In this document: piece by piece, positions 50,816 to 62,263 of the stretch
How the letters are laid out: each line of letters opens with the position of its first letter
Position numbering within the stretch: the stretch's first letter is position 1
DNA from: Lama glama
Lineage: Eukaryota
DNA: 64,000 nt
Assembly: GCA_028534125.1 (NCBI GenBank)
Contig: CM052816.1
Coordinates: 33,730,001 to 33,794,000, forward strand
Direction: 5' to 3'
Program-made: the position numbers and the translations under genes
Notes under the pieces: model-generated
Database searches by the model: none
What the model was told of the DNA's origin: nothing
What the model saw: only the letters and a program-made list of their open reading frames with translations

Positions 50816-52179
50816 TGGTCATTGTATCCTCTTTGGATCATGCGAGATATAAACAATTAAAATATCAAATAAATCAACTTGGTAATAAATTTAAAAGTCA
50901 ATAAAAATAAGATATTGTCAGATATTTGAGAATAGATTCAAAGTGCTATGAGGCCTGAAACTTACACAGTTTGAGGAGCCCTTGTAAGAAAAAAACCCCA
51001 CACTTACAAATATAATACTAGGAATAAAGGATGCTCACCTTAGCAGTGCTCAAACAGGCAAAACAAAACAAGACATAGATAAGTGCCTCAGTAGGTGAAT
51101 TGTTAATAATAATAATAAAAAAATAGTGGTACATCCATACAGTAGAATACTACAAAGTCATTTAAAATAATGAGAAATGCACCAACATGGGAAGGACTGC
51201 AAGGTGTCTTGTTAAGTGAGAAAGGCAAAATTCATCATATCAGATATGCTACGTTGCCTGTCTGATATCCATGGCTTCAGTTTTCCTTACTAAGAGATCT
51301 TAATAATCCTTAGTTGGGAGGCAGTGTGCAATTTCTCTTTAAGAAAAATTAGGCAAATACCACAGATAGGCCAGGCAAAATCACAGGGTAGAGATTTGGG
51401 TGGAAAACTGATATAAATATCTTTCTCTCTGGAAAGGGCAAAGAAGGTTGAATCTCTTGAGTTATGCCTTCTCTTGTTTTCCAGCTGTTTCCTCTTCCTG
51501 TAATCATGCTGAAGCCAATGAACAGGGGACAATTAAATTTAACAGAGGGAAAGACACCTCCGTATGTCATTCCTATTGATTCAGGAAAAGCAAGTTCATA
51601 TTAATGAAATTCTCAGTCTCACAAGCTGGAAGTAAGCTCTTTCTTTGTACTCGCATTGGATGAAATCTCCTTCAGTCTTATGGTCTGAAACTATTTTGTC
51701 ATCTATTCTGGTTATTTTCACTTCTTTCCCCAAGTGAACTGTAAACTCTTACCTTTTTTTTTCTCCAAGACATTTAGAATACTTTAATCTTTCCACTTAG
51801 GACCATTTGAATCAGTAGCTGCAATATTGTAATTTTTAGCATTTCGTATTAACTAGTCTGTAAGGATTTATCTTTTTGAGGGTGGAAGTAGGAACAGGAA
51901 GACCGGAGAGACAGGCTTCACACTTGTGTCAAGAACTCAAAAATCAAAATTATTTTCTTCTCTGCAGCAAAGCTATACTACAAACTTCAATGTTTTAGCT
52001 TTAATCGTATGATTCATTACCTCCTGGATTGGGAGTTTGTGAAGAAAAGCTTGCTATGTTGAGAGTGCTCTTGCCCTGTTAATTTTTTTAAGGATCAGCT
52101 AATGCTGGCATGTTTCCTCTTGTACTGTCACTGAAGCCAGGAGCATATGTGCTCCAGTCACTTCCTTCCAGGGCCCTAT

Positions 52180-52290
52180 TGAGTATCCGCAGTGCTTTCA
52201 CTGGAGGCTGCGCTCTGTGGCTCTATGAGTAAGCGTTATAAAAGGAAATAGCGCTGCTCGTGTTCCCACAATAACCAGTACACCAGAGCC
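52180..52290 (+). promoter_or_regulatory. Candidate TATA-box core promoter
   Basis: TATAAAAG at 52237-52244; C-A dinucleotide with A at 52268 (31 nt after the first T); AP-1-like TGAGTAA at 52226-52232; several retained CpGs; no recognisable repeat. Confidence 0.35.
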
Positions 52291-53504
52291 AGTGAACACA
52301 TTCATCAATAGCAGAAGAACTATCAAAATTGATAGCATATTGAACATTTGCAATATCCAGCCCTCTGGCAGCTACTCAAGTAGCTACAAGAACTGGGCAC
52401 TTTCCGCAGTGAAAATTCCTGAGGGTTTGCTCGCGCTCTCTCTCTGTTCCATGAATACATATGGTTGCTGTTTTTTCCTGACAAAAACAAGTTGCAGTAA
52501 AATCTGCTTTTTTCGTAATTTCAATTTAAAAACGTAGTTTTTTCATCACGTGTGTGTTGCAGAATTCCTACAAGTTTTTCTCTTTTTGAGGGCTAGCCCA
52601 CTTGGAGAATGCACTGCTGAACTTCCCTGTGTGCTCTACCCACTTGTCCAACAGCCACAGATAATTCAACTTTTAAGTCTCATTAACCAAACCTTGAATT
52701 TCCTCTGGAGAAAAAAAAAACTGCACCGAGCATAAGGGTTTGATGCTGTTCCTTTGATGGCTAGGCAGGAGCTTAGCTGCTTCTTTCTGATCCAAAAATC
52801 CATATCCAGCATACAGTCAGCTTCATCTGAAATTAAACATTGGAGTTATCTGAGGCCAGTGTTTTCTTTATCTGTGATATCCATTAGTCTTCCAGGAGTA
52901 GCACATAATACATCTTAGCCTTGTAATTTCTGAACGAGAAGGGAAGGGGGCACCATTCTTGGCAGGCACTCCGTTAGGCACCTGACGTACTTCTTTGCTT
53001 TTATCCTTACACATTCTTGAGAGAAGGGTTATTATTTTCATTTTACGTACAGTGAGTCAGGGACTCAGGGAGGTCAGATAATTTGTCTTCTAGGTAGCAG
53101 AAGCAGGAAACTATCTGAGGCCTTGTGGACAATGCTAATCCAAGAACTAGAAATGCTAATAGGAAGCTTCATCAAGCTGATCTGCGTTTTTAAGCACTCC
53201 TGTCTCTTCTGCCATCAGAGGCTGCCCCAACCCGTGAAGTATAATGAGAAGCACTGTGCTCCACTATACCTACAGGTAGGACGGACCTCAGCCCAAAGCA
53301 AAAGGTAGGTGAGGTGAGTCTTAGGGGCTCGTCCATCTCTGCATTTGGTGGCTCCTCCTTAGCACCATCCGTGGGGTCACATCTGACCTGAGTCTGGGCC
53401 AACTTCCAGAATTAACTTCACATTCCTAGTTCTGCAGTCTTAACTGGTGGTCCTGGAGGGAACATAATCTCAGAAGAGATTGTCATGAGGAAGTTTAGTT
53501 TATG

Positions 53505-53705
53505 GCATTTGGAAACAAATAGACTGAGTTCAAAAAACATATGTCCTCCACTTATTAGTTCTGTCTCTTTGGATAAGCCATTCAAGTACTCATTCCAGAA
53601 ATCTGGAATATGGGAATTTCTTCACGTGGTTGGTATGAGGATTAAAGATGGTGGCGATGAAGGATGAGGTTCACAGTAGGTACCCCATAAGATATAGCTA
53701 CTAGT
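53505..53705 (+). mobile_element. MIR SINE
   Basis: 'agactgagttcaaaa...cctccacttattagttctgtctctttggataagccattcaag...ggttggtatgaggattaaagatg'. Confidence 0.7.
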
Positions 53706-54069
53706 CATGATTTTTAGCTGAATTTTTGGTAGCTATGAAGCCTGAACTTTTCCAACAGAAAATAAAGGACATTTTAGGGGGTTGTGATTTTATTTACATA
53801 ACCTTATTAAAGTCAAATGTATATACTTCAATAATTTATAGTCACTGCAGTTAAAATGAGAAAAAAAAGTATTAGAATTATTCTTCAACTTGGGCTTACC
53901 TTACCTACTTTGGATTTCCACCTTAGTTTACTCCTCTTTGAAGATTTTCTATTCTGAAATAGAGCAGATACCTGTTTTGTGGGCCCTGGGGTCCTGCTGG
54001 GAATAGGACCCTGTCCAATGTTCATCCTCCTCCCCCAACTTGGAAACAAAGGGGAGGCTCACATCAAAG

Positions 54070-54540
54070 TGTTGGGAGACAGTTCTCCATGGATCTCTCA
54101 GGTTTCTGCAAAATTAGCCCTTTCATTCTAATGTATCTTCTCACAGATTTTGTAGAGGGAAAGCCTTGGAAGATAGAGTTAGTGTCTCTGTGCAAAAGTC
54201 TTGCTTATTGTCCAGTATAATAAAGATAACATTTCCCTCCGGGGCTAAGGTTGGCAGGTTTGCTCTCAGGCCATTAACAGATTAGATTCTCTATGCTCAG
54301 GATTCCATTACCTGCTGTGCATTTATCTACTTGGGCTCCCTCTGTCTCAGCATCTTTGGACTTGGGGAACCAGGAGAATCAATTTGAACATAAAGCTCAT
54401 GCTTCTTGCTGTGCCGTGATGAATAAAGTCCATTGTCACTAGTCCAGGATTCTCTTGTCTTCTGCCAGCATGAAACTGTGGTGGGCGAACTTGTCAGTTT
54501 GAGAGTAGATAAAAATTCACATCCTTTATAGTTCTTGACA
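54070..54540 (+). mobile_element. LTR40-like ERVL solo LTR, TG...CA
   Basis: Starts 'tgttgggagacagttctccatggatctctca', has AATAAA at about 54422 and ends 'agttcttgaca'. Confidence 0.8.
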
Positions 54541-55675
54541 AAGAGCATGTACAAACACCAAAACGTGCTATTGTCAGTCAGCCCAGAGGACTCAGAAATC
54601 TCTTATAATTATGGAGTGCAAGTGGCTTAGGGGAATTGTTCCAGGAGAAATAATACCTGAAATACATCTTGTAAGATGAGTAGAAGCTGGCCAAGTGAAA
54701 AAGGCTAAGAGATGAATTCCAGGCAGAAGAAATGAGTCATAGGTGTGCATATGTTTGTGAGTAATTGGAATGATAATCTAAAAAGCAGCTGGGGAATAAT
54801 ATTGGGTAAAGAAAGAAGAAAAACTGATTCCTGGATTTTCTGCTCTACTAAATAGTCTCATGTGAACAGTCTCATTATACTAGCTTAGCAACCTTCTTAG
54901 GTTACGCATTGCTAACCTTTTTGAAGAAATTAAGGCTCAGAGAATTTAAATAATTTCTCTAAGAACAATCAGCTAATAAATATTAGAATGATGATGTAAA
55001 ACCGATACTCTTTTGTACCATCTTCAGCCACTCAGTGAGGAGTTTTTGATTCTTATTCTGTAGGTAACATCGGGAAACATCTGAGGGTTTTTGGTTGTTG
55101 TTTTGTTAGCTTTCCTTTTTCTGTTAAGATATCCTAATTAAGTCCATGGTAGATGGGCAATTTAGAAGCAGCATGAGGTTTGAATAGGGGTATTGAGGCA
55201 AGAGTGAGACAAATTATGAGATAACTATAGTGATTCATTCACTTGAGAATTTTTAAGGGGCCTGAAACTGGGTATATGGAGAAGAGAGAATAATTAATGG
55301 AGTTTGGAAGTGTAGCATATTGTAAAAGTGAAATCATTTTTTTTAAAAAAGCACAGAGGTTTATAGCTTGGATGGCTACATGATTCCAGTTAACTGAAAT
55401 AGATGATTCTAGTTAAGGAACTTTGAGAGACAACATTATTAAGTTGATAAAATAAAATAAATGAGATGGCAAACAGCAAATATAGTGAAATTTTAGGCAA
55501 CTTTTGCTTTATGGAAGATAAGTTTTGGAATAAGAGATGTTCAGTTTTTCATTAAGTAGACAAATTAATGTTTTCTTTGATAATTATAGCTTAATAATTG
55601 AAATTATAAAATCCTGCAGATGTGAGAGAATATTTACCAAAGTGTACCATCCAGTAAGAAGAACACATACAAAAT

Positions 55676-56110
55676 ATTGGTCACCTGGACCTGCAGCAGG
55701 GTCCTAGCCCAGGCCAAGACCCCTTGCCTCAGCCAAGGAGGTTCTTTTTCCGCTCGAATTCGCACAGCCAATTAAGAAACCAATTCTGAGATTGAAACTG
55801 CACAGACTTTATTCAATGGCCAAGAATGGAGTAGTGGGAACTTAGGTCGCAAATCAACTTCTCAACCCAAGTTGGGTGGAAATACCATATATATAGGAGG
55901 GTTCAGGTACAAGGGAGGGATTTGGAAAGAGTAGGAATAATATTCATGACTTATCAGGGATGTGTTTTGGATCCTGAACTGTTACACCATTCCTTTTCAG
56001 TGCTTGTTTGAGCTTTTCTGGTTGTTGTGGCAATCATTGATTGTCATGGTGCTTTCCATGTGAGGGAGGGGCAGGGCTATGGTTCTGAAGCAGCAGCCTT
56101 AGTAACAATA
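55676..56110 (-). mobile_element. Solo LTR of unassigned ERV family
   Basis: The minus strand has 'cctatatatatgg' (about 55885-55897), AATAAA about 80 nt downstream (tttatt at 55808-55813) and a GC-richer U5. Ends approximate. Confidence 0.7.
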
Positions 56111-57669
56111 GACTTTATAAGAAGGATTAGAATGCTAACTTACCCACTCTACCTCCTACTGTATTTTGTTAAGAATTATTAGTAATATTGTTATTTTAGT
56201 TTTTTTAGTGAAATAACAAGTTTTCTCCTCAACTAAACAATTTTGGCTCAAAACAGTGGACAGGTTTCCTTTTTTTCTATGCCCTCTCATCAGTTCTCTC
56301 TGAGATCCTCTCCAAAAATTGACTCCTTGAAAAGATTTGAAGCAAGGGTTGCTCATGAGCAGAAAAAAGACCAGCATTTCTGTAACTTCAGTGATTTTCT
56401 TTACTTTTTTTGAACACTACTTAATAAAAAGAAAGATGGAATGATTCATACCATCTGTGGATTAAAATATGTTTCTCCTGTCATGCTTAAAAATAAAGCT
56501 TTTCTTTGAAAATGAGAAGTTTTTTTTAACAAAGCTTTTTCTCAAGTGCAAAGATTGTGTCTATTTGCATAGCAAGTATTAGATCTCCACTGTTTAGTCA
56601 GAGCTCCAGTTAACTGGCTGATTCACCACCACCACTAATACCAGGGTACGTTTTCTTGCTTAAGATAATGACAACTGGCTGAAAGTGAACCAGTTCATTT
56701 AGGTATATTGCCTAGTAATGGATTCATTCTCAAATTTTTCATGAGGAAACACAAATACAATCAAGAGAGAAAGACAGAGAGTAGTAGCAAAATGGGAGCT
56801 ATTATTTGATGAAAGTAAACACTTGAAGGAGTGATTTCTTTATCTGTCACCCTGCAATGCAATTTACTCTTCCAATCACTGTACAGAAATATTCTTTTTT
56901 TTTTTTTTTACTTTGGAGAATAGTCTGGTTTATTTTAGCTCCATAAGTGAACAAAAGTGATCTAACAAAATGGTAAATGAGCAGAAATATTCTTAACAAC
57001 AGACTGTTTGAATGTTCCAAGATGAAAGTAAGTGTACTTCTTTTTACATTACAAGTTTAAAAGTAGCAATGGTAACACTTCTATTGGAATTTGATAGACA
57101 GTTTTTTGAAACTGCTTTCATACAGTGTGCAGCTCCAGCCAGAGCCAAGATCAGGTTCAACCAATGACTTACTTCTGATAAATAAGTTATCTAAAATTTC
57201 TTTGAGTAAAGAAAAGTGTAAGCAACAAATGTGGTAGGCAATTGGGAGATAAGTACGCTTTTCACATGTTCTCCTATTGTTTTATCAGTCCTATAGATTA
57301 AACTCCTTTTGACTCCACAAAATAATCTCCTGGAATGTTGTAGTGATGTCTTAGCAGTGAAATCATGGTTTATTGAATGCTTTTGATAAATAAATACTCT
57401 GTGAATCATTAAAATTGACTCTTAGCACTAAATTTCAGCTGAGTTCCAGGCAGTTTTAGGTAAGAAGTGTCTGACTATGTACTCATTTAGAGTGCAGTCA
57501 GCAAGAAATTATACAACTTCTAGTTAGATGTGTTCAAAGCTTGCTTTCATAGTAAATCAAGATATTTATTTGCTAGAAGTACTATCATCATAATCAAAAG
57601 TTTGATCTCTAAACAGAAAGGCTTTAGAAGTTGAGATGAACTATCCTCTCAAGGGCAGGAATCATCAGG

Positions 57670-58468
57670 CCCTGATCATCATATCTTTTTATAAAGGACC
57701 AAATAGCAAATATTTTTAGCTTTGAGGACTGTATGGTCTTGATCACAACTACTCAACTCTACTCTACTACTAAAGATAACACATAAGTAGATAACAGAAT
57801 AAATGACTGGGCATGGGTATGTGCTAATAAAACTTTATTTACAAAATCAAGTTGTAGCCTGGATTTGGCCAGTAAGCTACAGATTATATTGGAGAGAAGA
57901 AATGTTCCTCTTCCCTTCTAGGTTCTTTTGGCTGGTCTTTGAATTAAATTGACATGAGACAGGTTAACAGGAGAAAATCAAACAAAAGTTTAATAACATG
58001 TATGCATGGGAGAAACCTAGGAAAACTGAGTAATTTGCCAAAATGGCTGAAACCCTCACCTCAAATACCATCTTTAGCTAAAGATGAAAGAGGATTTGGG
58101 GAGTAGTGTTTTGGGACTTCCAAGGGGAGGAAGGCAACTGACATGGAGATAGAAAAGCAAATGTTTGGTAAACAAATGTTTGCTGAGTCCTGCAGAGACA
58201 GCAGGACACAGAGTGGACTTTGATCTTTAGGCCCTGCCTAGAGTCCCATACCCCCCACCACACCTACCCGTCTTTGTAGGTGTCTCTGGTGATAGTTCTA
58301 TTCTGGTAACAGGCCCTTTAACTAAATTCTTTAGGCATCTAAGGGGGAGGTGAAAAGAAAGACTTCCTGAGTCTTCTGTTTCTTGATTGTTCAGCTGAAA
58401 ATAATCCACATGCCAAAGAAACATTTTAGGGTGGCAAATTTTGCTCCCCTACAATTGCCAACCCTTGG
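57670..58468. mobile_element. MER58A (hAT-Charlie) DNA transposon split by an LTR
   Basis: 'taaaggaccaaatagcaaatatttttagctttg...aataaaactttatttacaaaatcaag...ggatttggcc', resuming after the LTR as 'ttgccaacccttg'. Confidence 0.8.
57887..58453 (-). mobile_element. Complete ERV1 solo LTR, MER34-like
   Basis: Reverse strand starts 'tgtaggggagcaaaatttgccaccc-taaaatgtttctttggcatgtggattattttcagctg'. Imperfect 4-bp TSD atta/attg. Confidence 0.85.
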
Positions 58469-58489
58469 TTTAAATTATTCTTACATTTG

Positions 58490-58960
58490 CTTTCAGGCCC
58501 CCATTCTCCAGAGCCTAGTACAGTGCTTCAAAAGGACATAATTAGGGTTTGTTGAATGAATAAATAAATTATTTAAATAGAATAATAGACTAAATATACA
58601 TACTCCTTACAAATCTAACAAGTATATATTCAGTACTAGACACAGGACACAGTTCTAGGCTCTAGAGATATGACAATAGACTAAACATGTCAAAAAATAA
58701 AAGCCCTGCCCTTCCAGAGATTACATTCTGGAGGAACAAGAGACCGTACACAAGGTAAATACCAAAGTGTATGGTGTATTAGGTGGAAATAGCAGGTAAT
58801 AAAGAAATGAAGAAGGCACAGGGAATAGAGCTTAACAGGGGAATTGCCATTTTAGATTAGATAGTCAACAAAGGCTTTCTATAAAGGTTGCATTTGGGTA
58901 AAACTTAGAAGGAAGTGGGAGAAACAGATTACCAAAACGAGAAAAAGTCAATGCAAAGGA
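58490..58960. mobile_element. Two tail-to-tail L2 3' ends
   Basis: Plus-strand tail 'gagcctagtacagtgc...tttgttgaatgaataaa', then a minus-strand tail 'aacaagtatatattcagtactagacacaggacacagttctaggctctagagata'. Confidence 0.65.
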
Positions 58961-59221
58961 TCTTAATACTGTTAGTATTTAAAGGTGTCAATTCTTCCTA
59001 TATTTTAAACAAAGTACTTTTTTCAAATAAGATATTATTTACATGTAATGAAATGCACTCATTTTAAGCGTAATGAATGTAGCTAATGATGCCAAGGGTT
59101 TCATTAGTTCTTGAATATTTGGTCCCTCAAAATAGATAATATCCTAAAATAGCCAAAGAATCTATTCAGAAAAAAAGTAGAATCCCAATAAATGAAACGA
59201 GAATTTCTCACACACATTTTA

Positions 59222-59727
59222 TACGGGGTAACCCCAGGATGTGCCACTTTGTGGTGTGGATTATTTTGAACTGAAAACAGTCAAGGCCCAACAGAGTCAA
59301 GAAGAGTTTTTTACCTCCACTTCAACTACCTAAAAAAATTTAGGCAGAGGTCCAGGAATAGGGCTGTCACCAGAGAAAACTGCAATGAGTGTGGGTAAGT
59401 TGAGGGGAGCTTGGCAGGGCCTGTTTGTTCAAAGTCCTCTCTGTGTCCTAGGGTCTCTGCATGGCATGGCAAACATTTGTTTACTAAACATTTGCTCTTC
59501 CTGCCTTCCATGAATTGTCCTGTTTCTCTTTGAAGCCCCAGGCTCCTACCCTTGTCTTCTTAGCAAAGGATAGCAAAGAAGCCTCAATTGCTTGACTGTC
59601 TTTGAGCCTCTCATGTCTATGTGGGGCTACCATAGGTATGAACTTGAATTTGCTTTTCTCCTGTTAATCTGTTTTATGTCAGTTTATGAAATGCTAAAGA
59701 CAAGGTTGGGAAGAAATCTCTTCTCAG
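59222..59727 (+). mobile_element. ERV1 solo LTR, MER34-like
   Basis: 'gatgtgccactttgtggtgtggattattttgaactgaaaacag', 'caaacatttgtttactaaacatttgct' and 'ttttctcctgttaatctg' are shared with 57887-58453 in the opposite orientation. Confidence 0.82.
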
Positions 59728-60359
59728 TGCTCAGGAAAGCATATCTCAAACATGTTATTCATCCTTAAGGGGAGTATCCAGTCTGATAACTTGAAAGAAC
59801 ATATTTTCTGACATCATGATTATGTCTTTGAGGATGTTTGTTTCCTCATGTACTGTACTCAGTGTGGTGTGACACACTAACTCCTGTTGTTAGAAGGCAG
59901 CAGTAGATTGTCAGTAATTGAAACAGTAAGTGCTTATTAGGAAATGAGGAAGTGCACAACACAAACCATCGCAGATAAGGTAATTGTGAGTAGAATTTTA
60001 AAAGGAAACACTCATTTAAATATTCTCCTCTGACTTGGTTGTGTTAAACATGTATGTAAAATCTGTATCACTGCACCGAGTCAGATAAAATTGCTGTGTT
60101 TCCTGTCATTGCTTCTTTTTTGCTTTTCTTCACATACTTATGTGTATGAGTAAGCTGACACTGCCATTTTTTAAGTTGTTGCTTTTTTTGTCCTTTACAT
60201 CTGCTTTACTTCTCAATTAACACTCACAGAAATCCAGAGGAAAGTAATTATAATTTGGAAGACATTGTGAAACATGGAAATGTGGAGAATTATGCATTTT
60301 TATCACACTTCTTTCCAAAATAGATTTCAGGTTACTTTTAGAAGTACATGCAGAAGATG

Positions 60360-62260
60360 AAGAACAAGTCAGAAGAAAGTATGTAAAATGCAATAATGAG
60401 AGTATAAAAGATGGAAAATAAGAGAGAGAGAGCAAAAAATGTAGACCATAAAATATAAAGGCCTAATAAATATTTAATTAAAGTGCAAGAAATGCGGAAG
60501 AAATGATTTGGGGAAGAGGCAGTACTTAAAGAAATAATAGCTGATAATTTCTTAGAATTGATGGAAGATGCCAATAGGCAAATTCAGAGACGAGAACATC
60601 TAAAGCAAAGCAAATAAAAAGAAATCCACACCTAGAAATGTCGTAGTGAAGTTGCTAAAAGTAGAAAATAAAGAGAAAAATCTCATAATCTACCAGAGAA
60701 ATAAGATGAACCATCTTCAAAAGAGTAAATGTAACATTAAAAGCTGACTTCTCAACAGGTACAATGAAAATAAGAAGATAATGTAATATCATCTACAGTA
60801 CATTAAAAGGTTTAATTTATGAGAGATAAAGTTGTATTAAATCTACATGCAGTCAATAATGTAGCCTCAAAATATGTAAAACAAAGATTGAGAGTTCTAC
60901 AAGGAGCCTGAAGGAGAAATACTGAAATCCACAGTCACGGGAGGTTTTGACACAATTCTCTCAGTACCTAGCAGAAAAAAAGAAAGGAAAACAAACAAAA
61001 GTCAGTAAGTTTAAGGATTATTTAAGCAACACATTTAACAAACTTCCTTAAGTGCATACATATTGAACACTGCATTTAATAGTTACACATTACACGTTCT
61101 TTTAAAACACAAAACTTACACAAAAAAGTCCATATATGTTTAAAAGACTGAAATCATATAAAATATGGTCTCTGAAGTTAAATCAGGGGAATCAATAACA
61201 AAATGGTAAGTAAAACATTGCCTTATATGTAAGAATTAGAAAATCTTTTCTAATTCATGGATTCAACTTAAAAATCCACAGAGTAATAAAAACATATTTT
61301 AATCTAAAATAACAATATTACGTGTCAGAAATTGCAGGTTTCATTAAAACATTACTTAGAATAATATCCATAGCCCTAATATGTGAGTTAGAAGAAAAAG
61401 ACTGAAAATTAATGTGCAATGCCTTCATGTGAAGAAATCAGAAAAAGAATTTAAAAATAAAACCAAAGAGTTTTTGATGGTGGAGGAGCTTATATTGGGC
61501 TAAACCTAAGACAGACAATAATTATAGACTATAGACAAAATTTAGGAGTATTGGAATCTAAAAGATAGTATTAATGTCACTGGATTAAAAGCAAGGAAGT
61601 ATTGAAGAGGCTATGACCCTTGAAAGAGGGTAATTATTCTGGGTGAGACTAAAATACATGACTTTTTGACTTTGGGTACAAGGTGTTTAAGAACTCAAGC
61701 TATTTATTAACTTGACAAGTGAGAGGATGGACATCAGGGCTACTAAAGTGGCTGGAAAGAGAGAGGGGAAATTTGAGGAAGAAGACATCCATAGATTGTG
61801 GAGCCCAAAATTAGGTATATAAACTCACTTGAACATTTGCCAGCACAGAGAAAAGGCACAAATTCGAAATATCAAGAGTAAACAAAGGGATATCACTGCA
61901 GAACATTAAAAAGATAATAAGAAAAGAGTGTAAGCAACTTTCTGCCAGTATATTTGGAAACTTAAATGAATTGGATAAATTCCTTGAGCAGCTCAATTAC
62001 CAAAAGTGATACAATATGAAATATACTATCAGAATAGCTCTGTATCTATTAACTAAATTGAATTCACTGGAGGAAAAAAATTGAATTCAAAACCAATAAC
62101 CTTACTCAGAAGTAGCCTCCAAGCTCAGGTAGTTTTGCTGGTGAATTTTATCATATAATAACAGTCTTATACAAATACTAAAGAAGAAATAATAACAGTC
62201 TTACACAAACTCTCAGAAAGAAGAGGAGCCTACAAGCATCCACATTTGATTTTATAATGT
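60360..62260 (+). mobile_element. Old L1M with deleted ORF1 and ORF2 remnants
   Basis: ORF1-like 'aatccacacctagaaatgtcgtagtgaagttgct' and 'agctgacttctcaacaggtacaatgaaa'; ORF2-like 'gggatatcactgcag' and 'gaaacttaaatgaattggataaattccttgag' (NLNELDKFLE). Confidence 0.8.
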
Positions 62261-62263
62261 ATA

